This document shows positions 9,912 to 18,553 of a DNA stretch of 32,000 nucleotides, in pieces. The notes under the pieces are model-generated. The model saw only the letters and a list, made by a program, of their open reading frames with translations, ran no database searches and was not told where the DNA came from. This DNA comes from Acinetobacter sp. MD2 (GTDB taxonomy: Bacteria; Pseudomonadota; Gammaproteobacteria; Pseudomonadales; Moraxellaceae). A program made the position numbers and the translations under genes. Each line of letters opens with the position of its first letter. The stretch's first letter is position 1. Location: the NCBI RefSeq assembly GCF_035615575.1, contig NZ_VTDK01000005.1, positions 1 through 32,000 of the forward strand, read 5' to 3'.

Positions 9912-11132
9912 ATGTTGAATCTTGCACGCGTTTATTCTACAGGAATGGTGTTAGGCGCCAGTATTTTTATGATTCAAACTGCTTCTGCAGCAGACACACG
10001 TACAGTAAAGGAACCTGTAATTCCAAGCGCATGTACTATTTTGAAGGCAACAGGCGCAGATGCGACTCAAGTTATTCAAAAAGCGCTTAATGGTTGTTCG
10101 AGTGGTCAAGCGGTGAAATTAGTTGCCAATGGTTCGCAAGGTAATTTTTACTCAGGCGCTTTGGTTATTCCAACAGGGGTAAGTTTGTGGATTGATCAAG
10201 GTGCAACCTTACATGCATTAAATAAAGCCAGTGCTTTTGACAATGGTAGTGGAACTTGTGGGACTTTAGACACGAAGGGGAATGGTTGTTCTGCACTCAT
10301 TACCATGAATAGCGCAACTAATTCAGGTATTTATGGTTTAGGGACGATTGACGGACAAGGTGGTGCAACTTTAAGCGATAAGAACGTAAGTTGGTGGACG
10401 TTGGCACAACAAGCCAAAACTGCGGGAAGCAAGCAAAATGCACCGCGTTTAATCCAAATTAATAAAGGGAAAAATATTACGTTATATAAAATTACGTTAA
10501 AAAATTCACCAAACTTTCATGTGGTATTTAAACAAGGTGATGGCTTAACAGCATGGGGTGTAACCATTAATACGCCAAGTACAGCACGTAATACCGATGG
10601 TATTGATCCAATTTCATCTAAAAACGTGACTGTTGCACATAGTTATATTAGTACTGGCGATGATAATGTCGCAATTAAAGCCAATGCTGGTGCTGGTTCA
10701 TCAAGCTATATGAGCTTTATTGATAATAATTTTGGTGCGGGGCATGGCTTATCTATTGGTAGTGAAACGACAGATGGTGTTTATAATATTGATGTAAATG
10801 GTTTGACTTTAAATGGTACAACCAATGGTTTGCGTATTAAGAGTGATGCATCAGCTTCGGGTGAAGTTGCGAATGTGAACTATAATACGGTGACCATGAC
10901 CAATGTTGCAAATGCATTGATGATGGATACCATTTATGAGAAGAAATCAGGAAGTACCAAAGCGAATTGGCACGATGTGAGCTATAACAATATTACGGTG
11001 AATGGCAAATCTAAGTTCATTTTTAATGGAACGAATGCTTCAAAGCCATTAGCTGCAACCATGCGTAATATGCATTTGTCTAATGCAAATATTACGTGGA
11101 CCAAAGTGAATGCGAATATTTTGCAATATTAA
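9912..11132 (+). CDS. Secreted glycoside hydrolase family 28 (polygalacturonase-like) right-handed beta-helix protein
   Basis: Signal peptide ..FMIQTASA/AD. The four classical GH28 motifs occur in order: NTDGIDP, GDDNVAIK, GHGLSIGSE and RIKS. An alternative TTG start lies at 9891. Confidence 0.8.
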   Translation: MLNLARVYSTGMVLGASIFMIQTASAADTRTVKEPVIPSACTILKATGADATQVIQKALNGCSSGQAVKLVANGSQGNFYSGALVIPTGVSLWIDQGATLHALNKASAFDNGSGTCGTLDTKGNGCSALITMNSATNSGIYGLGTIDGQGGATLSDKNVSWWTLAQQAKTAGSKQNAPRLIQINKGKNITLYKITLKNSPNFHVVFKQGDGLTAWGVTINTPSTARNTDGIDPISSKNVTVAHSYISTGDDNVAIKANAGAGSSSYMSFIDNNFGAGHGLSIGSETTDGVYNIDVNGLTLNGTTNGLRIKSDASASGEVANVNYNTVTMTNVANALMMDTIYEKKSGSTKANWHDVSYNNITVNGKSKFIFNGTNASKPLAATMRNMHLSNANITWTKVNANILQY

Positions 11133-11164
11133 TTGATATTTTATGACTTAATATAAAGGCGTAG

Positions 11165-11201
11165 AGAATGTATTGATAGTGTATCAGTACATTCTTTTTT
11201 A
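11165..11201 (+). terminator. Rho-independent terminator downstream of the GH28 gene
   Basis: 14-bp stem agaatgtattgata/tatcagtacattct with one mismatch, a 3-nt loop and a following T6 run. Confidence 0.6.
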
Positions 11202-11233
11202 TTGTGATAGGTGGTGATTAAGTATTTGAGTCA

Positions 11234-11266
11234 TAAAAAAATCCCAACTATTGCTAGTTGGGATTT
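11234..11266 (-). terminator. Rho-independent terminator that originally followed the tRNA-Glu operon, now separated from it by the prophage
   Basis: 9-bp stem atcccaact/agttgggat. On the minus strand it is followed by T7. It lies immediately 3' of the displaced tRNA-Glu fragment. Confidence 0.65.
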
Positions 11267-11274
11267 TTCGAATT

Positions 11275-11321
11275 TGGCGTCCCTACGGGGATTCGAACCC
11301 CGGTTACCGCCGTGAAAGGGG
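11275..11321 (-). repeat. Displaced 3' fragment of tRNA-Glu, the 46-bp att core and left prophage junction
   Basis: TGGCGTCCCTACGGGGATTCGAACCCCGGTTACCGCCGTGAAAGGG is identical to 19380-19425 of the intact tRNA-Glu. Identity stops in the anticodon stem-loop. Coordinates are +/-1. Confidence 0.9.
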
Positions 11322-11335
11322 GCTTGCCCCCTTTC

Positions 11336-12190
11336 TTATTCTTTTTGTAAACTTTTGTAATCTTGCGTTAAAACAGGCAAAACATTTAAGCAATCGTGTA
11401 AATTTTCGGGTGCTAAATGGGCATAACGCTGGGTGATTCTTACATCGCTATGACCTAATAATTGCGACACATGGTAAAGCGGAACAGCTTGTTTTATCAA
11501 AAAGCTTGCAAATGTATGTCTCAAATCGTGAATTCTCACATCGCCAATCTCTGATCTATCAACAGCATTCTTAAAACCTTTGTAAAAGCTTTTGATGTTT
11601 GTATTGGTTTTTTCATTATAAAACACATATTTCTTATGGTTTTTTAACCTAAAAAGGGCATGTATTGATGTGTCATTCAGTGGCTTATAAATCGTCTTTT
11701 TGTTTTTTGATAATGAATTGCGAATGATGAAATATTTTTCATTAATGAAAACATTATCCCATGTGAGCGTGAGCAACTCTCCAGATCGACAGCCCGTGTT
11801 TAATAGCAGCAATATGTAATCATGCAATGCCTGATTGCCATATCGTTTTGAACACTGGAGAAGCTTGGTGCATTCAGAAGCATTTAAAAAGCGTGGAATA
11901 AAATCTTGCTCGAAAAGCTTAAAACCATTAAAAGCATTTTTAAAATTTGCTGTATGTTTGTGTTTTAAATAATAGTTCATTGCAGATTTTATGACATGCA
12001 ATTCTCTATTTATTGTTGAATTTTTAACACCATCTAACTGCCTAAGCGTGCAATATTCATTGATGATTTCAATTGTAATCTCGTCAAAAGCATAAAAAAA
12101 TTCCAAATTTTGGAATTTTTCTTGATAACCATGCTTGGATTGAAACAAACCATTTTTGGCATAAAACTGCATTATTTCCCTAACATTCAT
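11336..12190 (-). CDS. int: Tyrosine recombinase / phage integrase (small, XerC/D-like)
   Basis: Catalytic signature R (..TGCRSGELL..), HxxR (IHDLRHTFAS), H (LLGHSD) and Y (TQRYAHL). It abuts the att core. Confidence 0.9.
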   Translation of the reverse strand: MNVREIMQFYAKNGLFQSKHGYQEKFQNLEFFYAFDEITIEIINEYCTLRQLDGVKNSTINRELHVIKSAMNYYLKHKHTANFKNAFNGFKLFEQDFIPRFLNASECTKLLQCSKRYGNQALHDYILLLLNTGCRSGELLTLTWDNVFINEKYFIIRNSLSKNKKTIYKPLNDTSIHALFRLKNHKKYVFYNEKTNTNIKSFYKGFKNAVDRSEIGDVRIHDLRHTFASFLIKQAVPLYHVSQLLGHSDVRITQRYAHLAPENLHDCLNVLPVLTQDYKSLQKE

Positions 12191-12229
12191 GTGTCACCCA
12201 AAAACAAGAGCAAAAGCAAAGGCAACATC

Positions 12230-12418
12230 TTGGGGCGTTGCCCCAAACCCCATGAGGGGGATAATCCCCCTCAACCCTTAAAACTGTTCACAGTTTTATC
12301 AATCGGGAAATGAGCGCAGAAGCGCACATTTCCTCTTGATAAGTGTGTTTCTATTTATGCGCTGATCAATATGTTTTCCGATAAGCCGAGGCGCTACGCG
12401 CCCCGTTTAGTCGGAAAA
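12230..12418. other. Cluster of five stable stem-loops in the 450-bp non-coding region between int and zot. Candidate inovirus origin or packaging-signal region.
   Basis: H1 12230-12246 (tggggc/gcccca). H2 12254-12272 (gaggggga/tccccctc). H3 12279-12298 (aaaactg/cagtttt). H4 12306-12333 (12-bp stem, 1 mismatch). H5 12374-12418 (ttttccga/tcggaaaa enclosing ggcgc/gcgcc). Confidence 0.5.
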
Positions 12419-12639
12419 ATATTGACAGTGTATTAGGCATTGCGAACTCAAATAAAAAGCAAAAAGAATTGTAACAGACTGAAATACATTGTTTATAAAG
12501 CAAAAACTCATGTTTTCAAAAAACAAACATCGCTCAAAACGCACAGATTTGCGTTTTAAGCGATGTTTATATAAAGACATACAAACACCAAGGCACACAC
12601 GATAAAACGCAAATTTGACAATAGCTAAAATTTATGCTT

Positions 12640-14088
12640 CTAAACGCTAGGTTTTGTAATGTCCTTTTCAGGAAATGTTGAAGTGTTTTCTACAACACGA
12701 ACATTTGATTGATTTAAATTATTGTCAGTATTAGACGTTTGATTAGAAACCAGAGTGGTATTAGTAGCATTAGAGCTATGAGAGCGAAAATAGTCATAAG
12801 GGCGGTCTCCAGCCATAATTTTTTTACAATCGTTTTGTGAAACTTTTAGTTTTGTTCCTTGTTCCGTATAAGCGGTGTATTGTCCGTTATATTTAACGCA
12901 TCCTGCAAAAACGGGTTTGTTGACGACTGTGTACTGTATTGTGTTTGCAATATTTGAATCATCAAAAGGCTTGCTAGGATTATAAGACACACTATTAACT
13001 TGGGCATTTTGTTGCACTCCAACCGAGGCACCGCTTTTTGATAACTGATCAAACCATTGTTTGCACTCAGGTTTGTCTAGATTTTCTGCATGCCTACATT
13101 TATCAGCTAATTGCTGATTTTGATTGTTCGATGCAATCGTTTTAATTGTTTGTTGGTTAGCACTGGAGAGCTGCTGCACATGCTCTTTTTCTGTTTTGTT
13201 AATTTCTCTCTTATCATTCAGACCCCATAAAAGCATAATTGCAGCACAACCAACAAAAAGGGCAAGGGGAATTAAACCCGCAGGCAAGCGTTTTTGGTGT
13301 GTATTAATTGTTGTCGATTTATACAGCTTGAAAATACGGTCTTGTGGTTTAAATGAAAACTTAGATTCGCAGTTGAGCTTATTAATAAGCGTGTTTGGGT
13401 ATTGTCTTGTTGAACCGAATTGATAAACCTTTGGTGTACGTCCGTAGGGCCGTGTGATGTGATAATGCACACCAATCAATTCTTTGACTGTAGGATGTAA
13501 AAAAGATGGTGACTGCGTAATAAAATAAAAGTCAAAACCTCGGTGACGATGGACTGTTAAGTCTTGAACGATGTCATCCTTCTTTTTTGTATCTGAATAA
13601 GGTTCAACAAGTTGAACCTCATCAATAACGAATATTGAACCATCTGGCGCTTCTCTCCAGTCTTTAATTAATGCCCTTGTGTAATCAATTTTTAAAGCGT
13701 TAATGTTGGAGTAGATTGTTCTTACATCTTGAAGATATTCAAACTTTTGTTTGCCTTCTCTCTCATTAATGCGCTCAATAATTTCATTGTATTGTGTTGA
13801 GCGTTGAAAATAAAAGTCGGGGCGCAAATCATCAAAATCTTGTGTCAAAAAGTCAAAATAGTCATTCGGCAATACTTGCAAATGTATTTTTAGCTCATGC
13901 GCTGAACCTGTTTCAATCTCAAGATAGCCAAAATCAGAACGATATATTTCAAACAATGGCATATTGTGAGCATAAACAACTTTATTTTTCTGCAAATGCA
14001 CTTTGTTTTTGCGCTCAATTTCATCAAGCTTTGTAACAACAAAAGCGGTTTTGCTTGCACCTGGAACACCCGTGACTAAATGTAACAT
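12640..14088 (-). CDS. zot: Zot / pI-like assembly ATPase (zonula occludens toxin family), with an N-terminal P-loop domain, one TM and a C-terminal domain
   Basis: N-terminus MLHLVTGVPGASKTAF (Walker A). Walker B-like ..IFVIDEVQ... TM LIPLALFVGCAAIMLLWGL near aa 270. It is the last gene of the morphogenesis block. Confidence 0.88.
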   Translation of the reverse strand: MLHLVTGVPGASKTAFVVTKLDEIERKNKVHLQKNKVVYAHNMPLFEIYRSDFGYLEIETGSAHELKIHLQVLPNDYFDFLTQDFDDLRPDFYFQRSTQYNEIIERINEREGKQKFEYLQDVRTIYSNINALKIDYTRALIKDWREAPDGSIFVIDEVQLVEPYSDTKKKDDIVQDLTVHRHRGFDFYFITQSPSFLHPTVKELIGVHYHITRPYGRTPKVYQFGSTRQYPNTLINKLNCESKFSFKPQDRIFKLYKSTTINTHQKRLPAGLIPLALFVGCAAIMLLWGLNDKREINKTEKEHVQQLSSANQQTIKTIASNNQNQQLADKCRHAENLDKPECKQWFDQLSKSGASVGVQQNAQVNSVSYNPSKPFDDSNIANTIQYTVVNKPVFAGCVKYNGQYTAYTEQGTKLKVSQNDCKKIMAGDRPYDYFRSHSSNATNTTLVSNQTSNTDNNLNQSNVRVVENTSTFPEKDITKPSV

Positions 14089-14155
14089 TTTTTGATTTCT
14101 CCTTTGGCGCTGCTATGGTCGCTCGTCGAAGCTCCTCGCTCCCTAGCGCAGCGCC

Positions 14156-14431
14156 TTATTTTTTTCTTAAAACGAGTTTTGAAATGTTGGCTTGATGCTT
14201 AGCGACCATTGCGCCAAGAATGAGCGAAAAAAAGATGTCGAATCCCGACAAACCCATAAGCTGCATTAGTGCAGATGGAATAGAGTTGGCTGTTTGCTCA
14301 AAATAGTTAATTGCTTGATGCAAAGCGACTAATGTGACTCCAGTGGTTCCAAGTGCAACGCCTGCACCCTCCAATACATTTTTGAGAAAACCCTTTTGAG
14401 TGCTTTTTAAGATCGTAGCTAAATTAATCAT
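14156..14431 (-). CDS. Small membrane protein, a pVI-like minor coat candidate
   Basis: 91 aa with two hydrophobic segments. It sits between the pIII-like gene and zot, as in CTXphi/Pf-type inoviruses. The call is positional only. Confidence 0.5.
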   Translation of the reverse strand: MINLATILKSTQKGFLKNVLEGAGVALGTTGVTLVALHQAINYFEQTANSIPSALMQLMGLSGFDIFFSLILGAMVAKHQANISKLVLRKK

Positions 14432-15719
14432 CTGTTGTTCGAACCCCGCCTAAAATTAAAGCAGCGATAAAAGCACCCATTGCAATAAGAACAGGTCGCA
14501 CATAAGTCGAGAGAATTGTGCAAAAGTCTGTAAATTCAAACTTCCAGTCAATATCTATATCTGCAATTTGACCACTTGCTAATTGAATTGATGCAGGGCA
14601 TTGACCGCTAAAATTGAGATTAGGCGCTTCTTGGTTATCATCCTCTTGTTTTATATCAAGCTCATCGTCTGATGAATCAGGTTCGCCCTTAAAATAGTCA
14701 ACTGCATCGTTGTATGCAGCTTTAATGCCATCAGCCCACTGGACGGGTTTTTGTATAATTACTTGCATGGCTTCACATACAGACGGCATCCATCCACAGG
14801 CAGCAGGTATATCAGTCGTAGATGTTGATGTTGTTGTGCCGTCGGCATTGGTTTTTGTATCTGTTTTTGTGTCAGCGGTCGTATCACTCGGATATGTTGC
14901 TGTATTATCTAATTGCGTGACAATTGGTTTTGCTTTTGTATCGTCTTTTTCAGCATCTTGAACAATATCAGCAGCTACAGCACGAACTAATGCCTGTGCA
15001 TCTGCATCACCTGCTTTGGCTTTATCTAAAACTTGTTGCGCAACATCTGAAAGCGGTCTTGTTTTTGTTTCATTTTGATTATTTGCTTCAGTTTCGTCAT
15101 AATTTGGATTGATAATCACATTTAAAGCTGCACCGATATTGCCATTATAATTATTTGACCCCCCCATCAACTTGCAGTAATCATCTTCGAAATAAACAGT
15201 GGGAGATATTGAACCAAAACCCCTTGTATCAAATGCTGAACATGCAGCAGAACCCGAACTATAGAATTTTCCGTCATATTTATACAAATATTGAGCATAT
15301 CTACAATCTAAACCATTTTGATTACATGTTGTTGAAGCAACTTTCGGCTTATATTGAACAGTATTATTTGCAGGATCTAAAACGTAATCAACACCATTCA
15401 ACAAGCCATCTAATACAGTCGTCACTACAGCAGCAGCACCGACACGGCCAATGAATTTTGCAATATCTGCCGCCACTGGAGCAATTGTAGCTGTACCAGT
15501 TACAACTTTGTTTGCACCATTTATCAAAACATTTCTAACACCGTCATAAACAACAGTAGCACCGTGAGAAACAGGGTTTGATAAAGACCATGTAGAACCT
15601 GCAAGAGAAGCAGATGCGTTTTTAACAAATATGAATTGAGAAACAATAAGCATTGCAACGAGCAAAAAGACATTTGTTCGATGTATTAAAAGACTTTTAG
15701 AATTGCCCATGTTGCGCAT
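14424..15719 (-). CDS. pIII-like minor coat / receptor-binding protein candidate
   Basis: Signal peptide ..IFVKNASA. Thr/Asp-rich linker (TADTKTDTKTNADGTTTSTSTTD). C-terminal TM anchor VLIAMGAFIAALILGGV. It overlaps the next gene by 8 nt. The ATG at 15719 follows GGTGAT, whereas the track start is a TTG at 15743. Confidence 0.55.
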   Translation of the reverse strand: MRNMGNSKSLLIHRTNVFLLVAMLIVSQFIFVKNASASLAGSTWSLSNPVSHGATVVYDGVRNVLINGANKVVTGTATIAPVAADIAKFIGRVGAAAVVTTVLDGLLNGVDYVLDPANNTVQYKPKVASTTCNQNGLDCRYAQYLYKYDGKFYSSGSAACSAFDTRGFGSISPTVYFEDDYCKLMGGSNNYNGNIGAALNVIINPNYDETEANNQNETKTRPLSDVAQQVLDKAKAGDADAQALVRAVAADIVQDAEKDDTKAKPIVTQLDNTATYPSDTTADTKTDTKTNADGTTTSTSTTDIPAACGWMPSVCEAMQVIIQKPVQWADGIKAAYNDAVDYFKGEPDSSDDELDIKQEDDNQEAPNLNFSGQCPASIQLASGQIADIDIDWKFEFTDFCTILSTYVRPVLIAMGAFIAALILGGVRTTDD

Positions 15720-15816
15720 ATCATCACCAATATTGGTATCCAATTTAAGACAGAAGCCGATTCGATCATTTCAGAACCTCAAAGAAGAAGCCCCCCATCA
15801 CTGGAGGGCATTCGCA

Positions 15817-16101
15817 TTAAGCAGAGTTTGCACCGCGTTTTGTATAACGCCATGCTACAAACAAGCCTAAAACGACAAGCGCAGCAGCAAAGATGATTTT
15901 CACGTTAGAGCTAACAGACTGTAAGCCCGTTTGGAATGCTGTTACATCAAGTGATGAATCACCATCCGCAGCATGTGCAGAACCAATCGTTAATGCTGTT
16001 ACAGTTGCAGCAGCACCGACTTTGGCATAATTGTTGTCAAGAATTTGTTTAACACGAGCTAAACGACTTTTTTTTGATTCATAAACAGCTAATTGATTCA
16101 T
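15817..16101 (-). CDS. Major coat protein (pVIII-like) precursor candidate
   Basis: Leader ending ..GSAHA/ADGD. Acidic N-terminus of the mature part, a hydrophobic core IIFAAALVVLGLFVAW and a basic C-terminus RYTKRG, which is the layout of inovirus major coat proteins. Confidence 0.6.
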   Translation of the reverse strand: MNQLAVYESKKSRLARVKQILDNNYAKVGAAATVTALTIGSAHAADGDSSLDVTAFQTGLQSVSSNVKIIFAAALVVLGLFVAWRYTKRGANSA

Positions 16102-16126
16102 AAGAATCTCCTTTCAGGTTGGTTTT

Positions 16127-16327
16127 TTACAGCAGTTTTGCTGCCTTTCCGACAGCGACAAAGCCAATAAACAGAACGCAGATTTTTGAAAATTCAACAT
16201 AAAGAACTTTTGCTTGCGCTCCAGTAATCGCTATTGATTTAAATAAATCGGGTTCAGTGTAAATAGCCCATTGAACACACGTCTGGACGTTGTCTATTGT
16301 TTGTAAAACCTCACAGACGTATGCCAT
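16127..16327 (-). CDS. Small hydrophobic phage protein of unknown function (possible minor coat)
   Basis: 66 aa with a C-terminal TM ICVLFIGFVAVG followed by KAAK. Tight spacing within the operon. Confidence 0.45.
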   Translation of the reverse strand: MAYVCEVLQTIDNVQTCVQWAIYTEPDLFKSIAITGAQAKVLYVEFSKICVLFIGFVAVGKAAKLL

Positions 16328-16331
16328 TTCT

Positions 16332-16523
16332 TTAATTCCTAATTGTTTCGAGCATTCCCGCAGTAAAACCGCGGCGATACTCTGCTAAAAATTCGCGCAT
16401 TAATTCATTCGAGTTGTCGACTAAATCAATGATGTCTTGTTCCAATGGCACATCATTCGTGTATTTTCCAAATGCAAAGCCCTTGGCAAATGCAGCGTCT
16501 TGAACGCGCTGTAGTTCACTCAT
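16332..16523 (-). CDS. Small soluble phage protein, unknown function
   Basis: 63 aa. 4-nt ATGA-type overlap with the upstream gene. No recognisable motif. Confidence 0.4.
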   Translation of the reverse strand: MSELQRVQDAAFAKGFAFGKYTNDVPLEQDIIDLVDNSNELMREFLAEYRRGFTAGMLETIRN

Positions 16524-16810
16524 TTTTGAGCCGTTGTAATTGGCTGAACATCGTGAATAATTGTGGTTTGACGAGAACCTGTAGTCACAATTTCAAGCAC
16601 GATTTTGGCGTTGAATGGAAAATTCAAATCCTGAATTTTTTTAATGTTTTCTGACGAACCCCATTTGTATTCAACAGTTGCTTTGCCAAATCCACTTTGT
16701 TCAGCAAGATCTGTCATAACAAAGACTTTGGTGAAATCGTGCTTAACGCCATCAATCGCGTTGTTATAGTGTTTAGCACCAGTAATCACAGCTTCAGTTG
16801 TAAATTTCAT
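16520..16810 (-). CDS. Candidate ssDNA-binding protein (pV/RstB position)
   Basis: 96 aa, immediately downstream of the replication initiator, with a good RBS context. Assignment is by position only. Confidence 0.4.
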   Translation of the reverse strand: MKFTTEAVITGAKHYNNAIDGVKHDFTKVFVMTDLAEQSGFGKATVEYKWGSSENIKKIQDLNFPFNAKIVLEIVTTGSRQTTIIHDVQPITTAQK

Positions 16811-16849
16811 GTTGTATTTCCTTTTAATAGCCTAAGTTAGAACCTTGTC

Positions 16850-18178
16850 CTATGCTGGCAATGGCATAGGGGGCATGGATTTTGAGTAATCAAGGTAGAG
16901 CGGTTTTAATCGGTCTGGATAGTCATATTTGTCATGTGTCAGAATGTCTAAAAGCAAAGCATCATCTTCATAGAATGATCTGAATGCAGATAGGTATTTA
17001 CCGAACTGGTGACGTGTGACCGAAATGGCTTTTTCCCATGTAATTTCGGCAGTCTTTTTGATTGTTTCAAATTTCAAAGGCTGCATTTGATTGTCAAATG
17101 TATGAAAGCATGGATATGCTGCTAGAAAGTGCTGTGAGGGATGAAGCAAAGCATCTAGTGGGATGTGAAAATCCTTGCCTTTATATTCAACTTCAACACG
17201 TACCCAAGGCGATTCTTTACAACCAAGTTGTTTGCCTTTTTCATAAATACGACAGAATTTTGATGATTTTCGATTGCCAATATATGCAGTAGTGCCACTG
17301 CCATCAGGTTGCCAATAGTCACCAATAATATTGAACTGGGGAGGGCGACCACCACTTTGGAATCCTTTTAATTCGAATTGTTCCTTGGCCCATTGAACAT
17401 TTGCAATTTGACCGTCGTGATCATCAAATGCGTAATCAATACGTGTGATTTTGGGGCGATCTGCAAATAAGCATAACCAAGCATGCAAATCTGCTTCCCA
17501 TCCATAATATCCAAGGGTACAGCCGACACCAGTGATGCTAATTAGCATTGTGTCACGTTGTGAATCACCACCAACGCAGATAAATCCACAACCATTTTCA
17601 AGCTTGTAAGCTTCTTTATAGTGGTTAATACCACCATTCATTTTGCATTCGATACCGAATCCGAATATGTCTTTAATCACAGTGCCCATTGCATAAGCAT
17701 AATCTGAATCAGACACGTAACAATCGGGTAGGTTTAAATGCTCATAACCTTTTAATTTTTCTCTTTTCATTGAGCTAAATGTAGATTTATTCAATGTAAA
17801 ATTGAGCCAATCTGTTACTGCAACCTCACAATGTGCAGGTCGTCTGAATAAAACAGGTTTTTCACCATCGTCAGTTAAGACCATTTGTGTGTCTAAAAGC
17901 GGGTAATCACGGTATTCTTCTTTTAGTGCAAGCTTGATTTCTTCAATTTCTTTTTCAAATTTTCCAACAATAACGGCTTTTTCTTCACTATCACTGGTGT
18001 GAATCATTTGCTCGATATAGCTTTTGCGTATCCGAGTTAACGCACGGTTTGCTGATTCCAACTTTTCCCCCGTATTACTAAGGGGGTTAACTCCAGCCCA
18101 TTCAAATACCTTTCCCCACAGTGGCAATGTGGAGAAAGTCCCATTTGTATGTAATGAATTAGTAGCCATAACGGTCAT
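16850..18178 (-). CDS. Rolling-circle replication initiation protein, Rep_trans (pII/RstA-like) family
   Basis: Motifs ..ITRIDYAFDDHDG.. and ..AYIGNRKSSKFCRIYEKGKQLG..WVRVEVEYK.., as I recall for RstA/Rep_trans proteins. Size of 442 aa. Confidence 0.75.
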   Translation of the reverse strand: MTVMATNSLHTNGTFSTLPLWGKVFEWAGVNPLSNTGEKLESANRALTRIRKSYIEQMIHTSDSEEKAVIVGKFEKEIEEIKLALKEEYRDYPLLDTQMVLTDDGEKPVLFRRPAHCEVAVTDWLNFTLNKSTFSSMKREKLKGYEHLNLPDCYVSDSDYAYAMGTVIKDIFGFGIECKMNGGINHYKEAYKLENGCGFICVGGDSQRDTMLISITGVGCTLGYYGWEADLHAWLCLFADRPKITRIDYAFDDHDGQIANVQWAKEQFELKGFQSGGRPPQFNIIGDYWQPDGSGTTAYIGNRKSSKFCRIYEKGKQLGCKESPWVRVEVEYKGKDFHIPLDALLHPSQHFLAAYPCFHTFDNQMQPLKFETIKKTAEITWEKAISVTRHQFGKYLSAFRSFYEDDALLLDILTHDKYDYPDRLKPLYLDYSKSMPPMPLPA

Positions 18179-18407
18179 CTCCTAATTCAGAGAGAAGGTC
18201 TTTACATTTTTGATCTTCTGTTAATAGGTCGTCGGCTAAAGCTGTAATGATTGATGATTCAATGCTTTGGGTTTTTAAATATTCTTCAAGATAAACTAAT
18301 AGTGATGCTGTATAAGTGCATGGGTTTCCCCCAGCTAAGGTTTCAACACCATCAGCATGAATTTTTTTTGCTATTTCTTCATAGCATTTTAATTCTAAAT
18401 CTTTCAT
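18159..18407 (-). CDS. Small acidic phage protein, unknown function, first gene of the leftward operon
   Basis: 82 aa. Its 3' end overlaps the rep start by 20 nt. No recognisable motif. Confidence 0.45.
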   Translation of the reverse strand: MKDLELKCYEEIAKKIHADGVETLAGGNPCTYTASLLVYLEEYLKTQSIESSIITALADDLLTEDQKCKDLLSELGDDRYGY

Positions 18408-18553
18408 TTTTGGGGTTCCTTAGTTTTCTGGGCGTTCCCTTCGGGCGGGCTTGTCGGTAAACTCAAGCCAAAACGATGAAGCTGTTTTGTCTTGCCCCTT
18501 CGGGCGACATCCCTAACGCAAAAGCAAAAGCAGCACGAATAGAGAAAATGTGA

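Noticed and set aside
11251-11436. 61-aa plus-strand ORF starting at the displaced tRNA fragment
   Set aside because: As a stand-alone gene it is just a translation of the tRNA core plus the antisense of the int 3' end. It matters only as the alternative tail of the regulator in the circular form (see findings).
11636-11650. Apparent 1-nt discrepancy in a T-run inside the integrase gene. I counted T5 where the track translation needs T6, which would suggest a frameshift or pseudogene.
   Set aside because: The ORF track, computed from the same sequence, gives an uninterrupted 284-aa integrase with all catalytic residues. My manual homopolymer count is the more likely error, so I treat the gene as intact.
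12407-12598. 63-aa Cys-rich minus-strand ORF in the int-zot non-coding region
   Set aside because: It has no RBS and an implausible composition, and the region is better explained as structured non-coding DNA.
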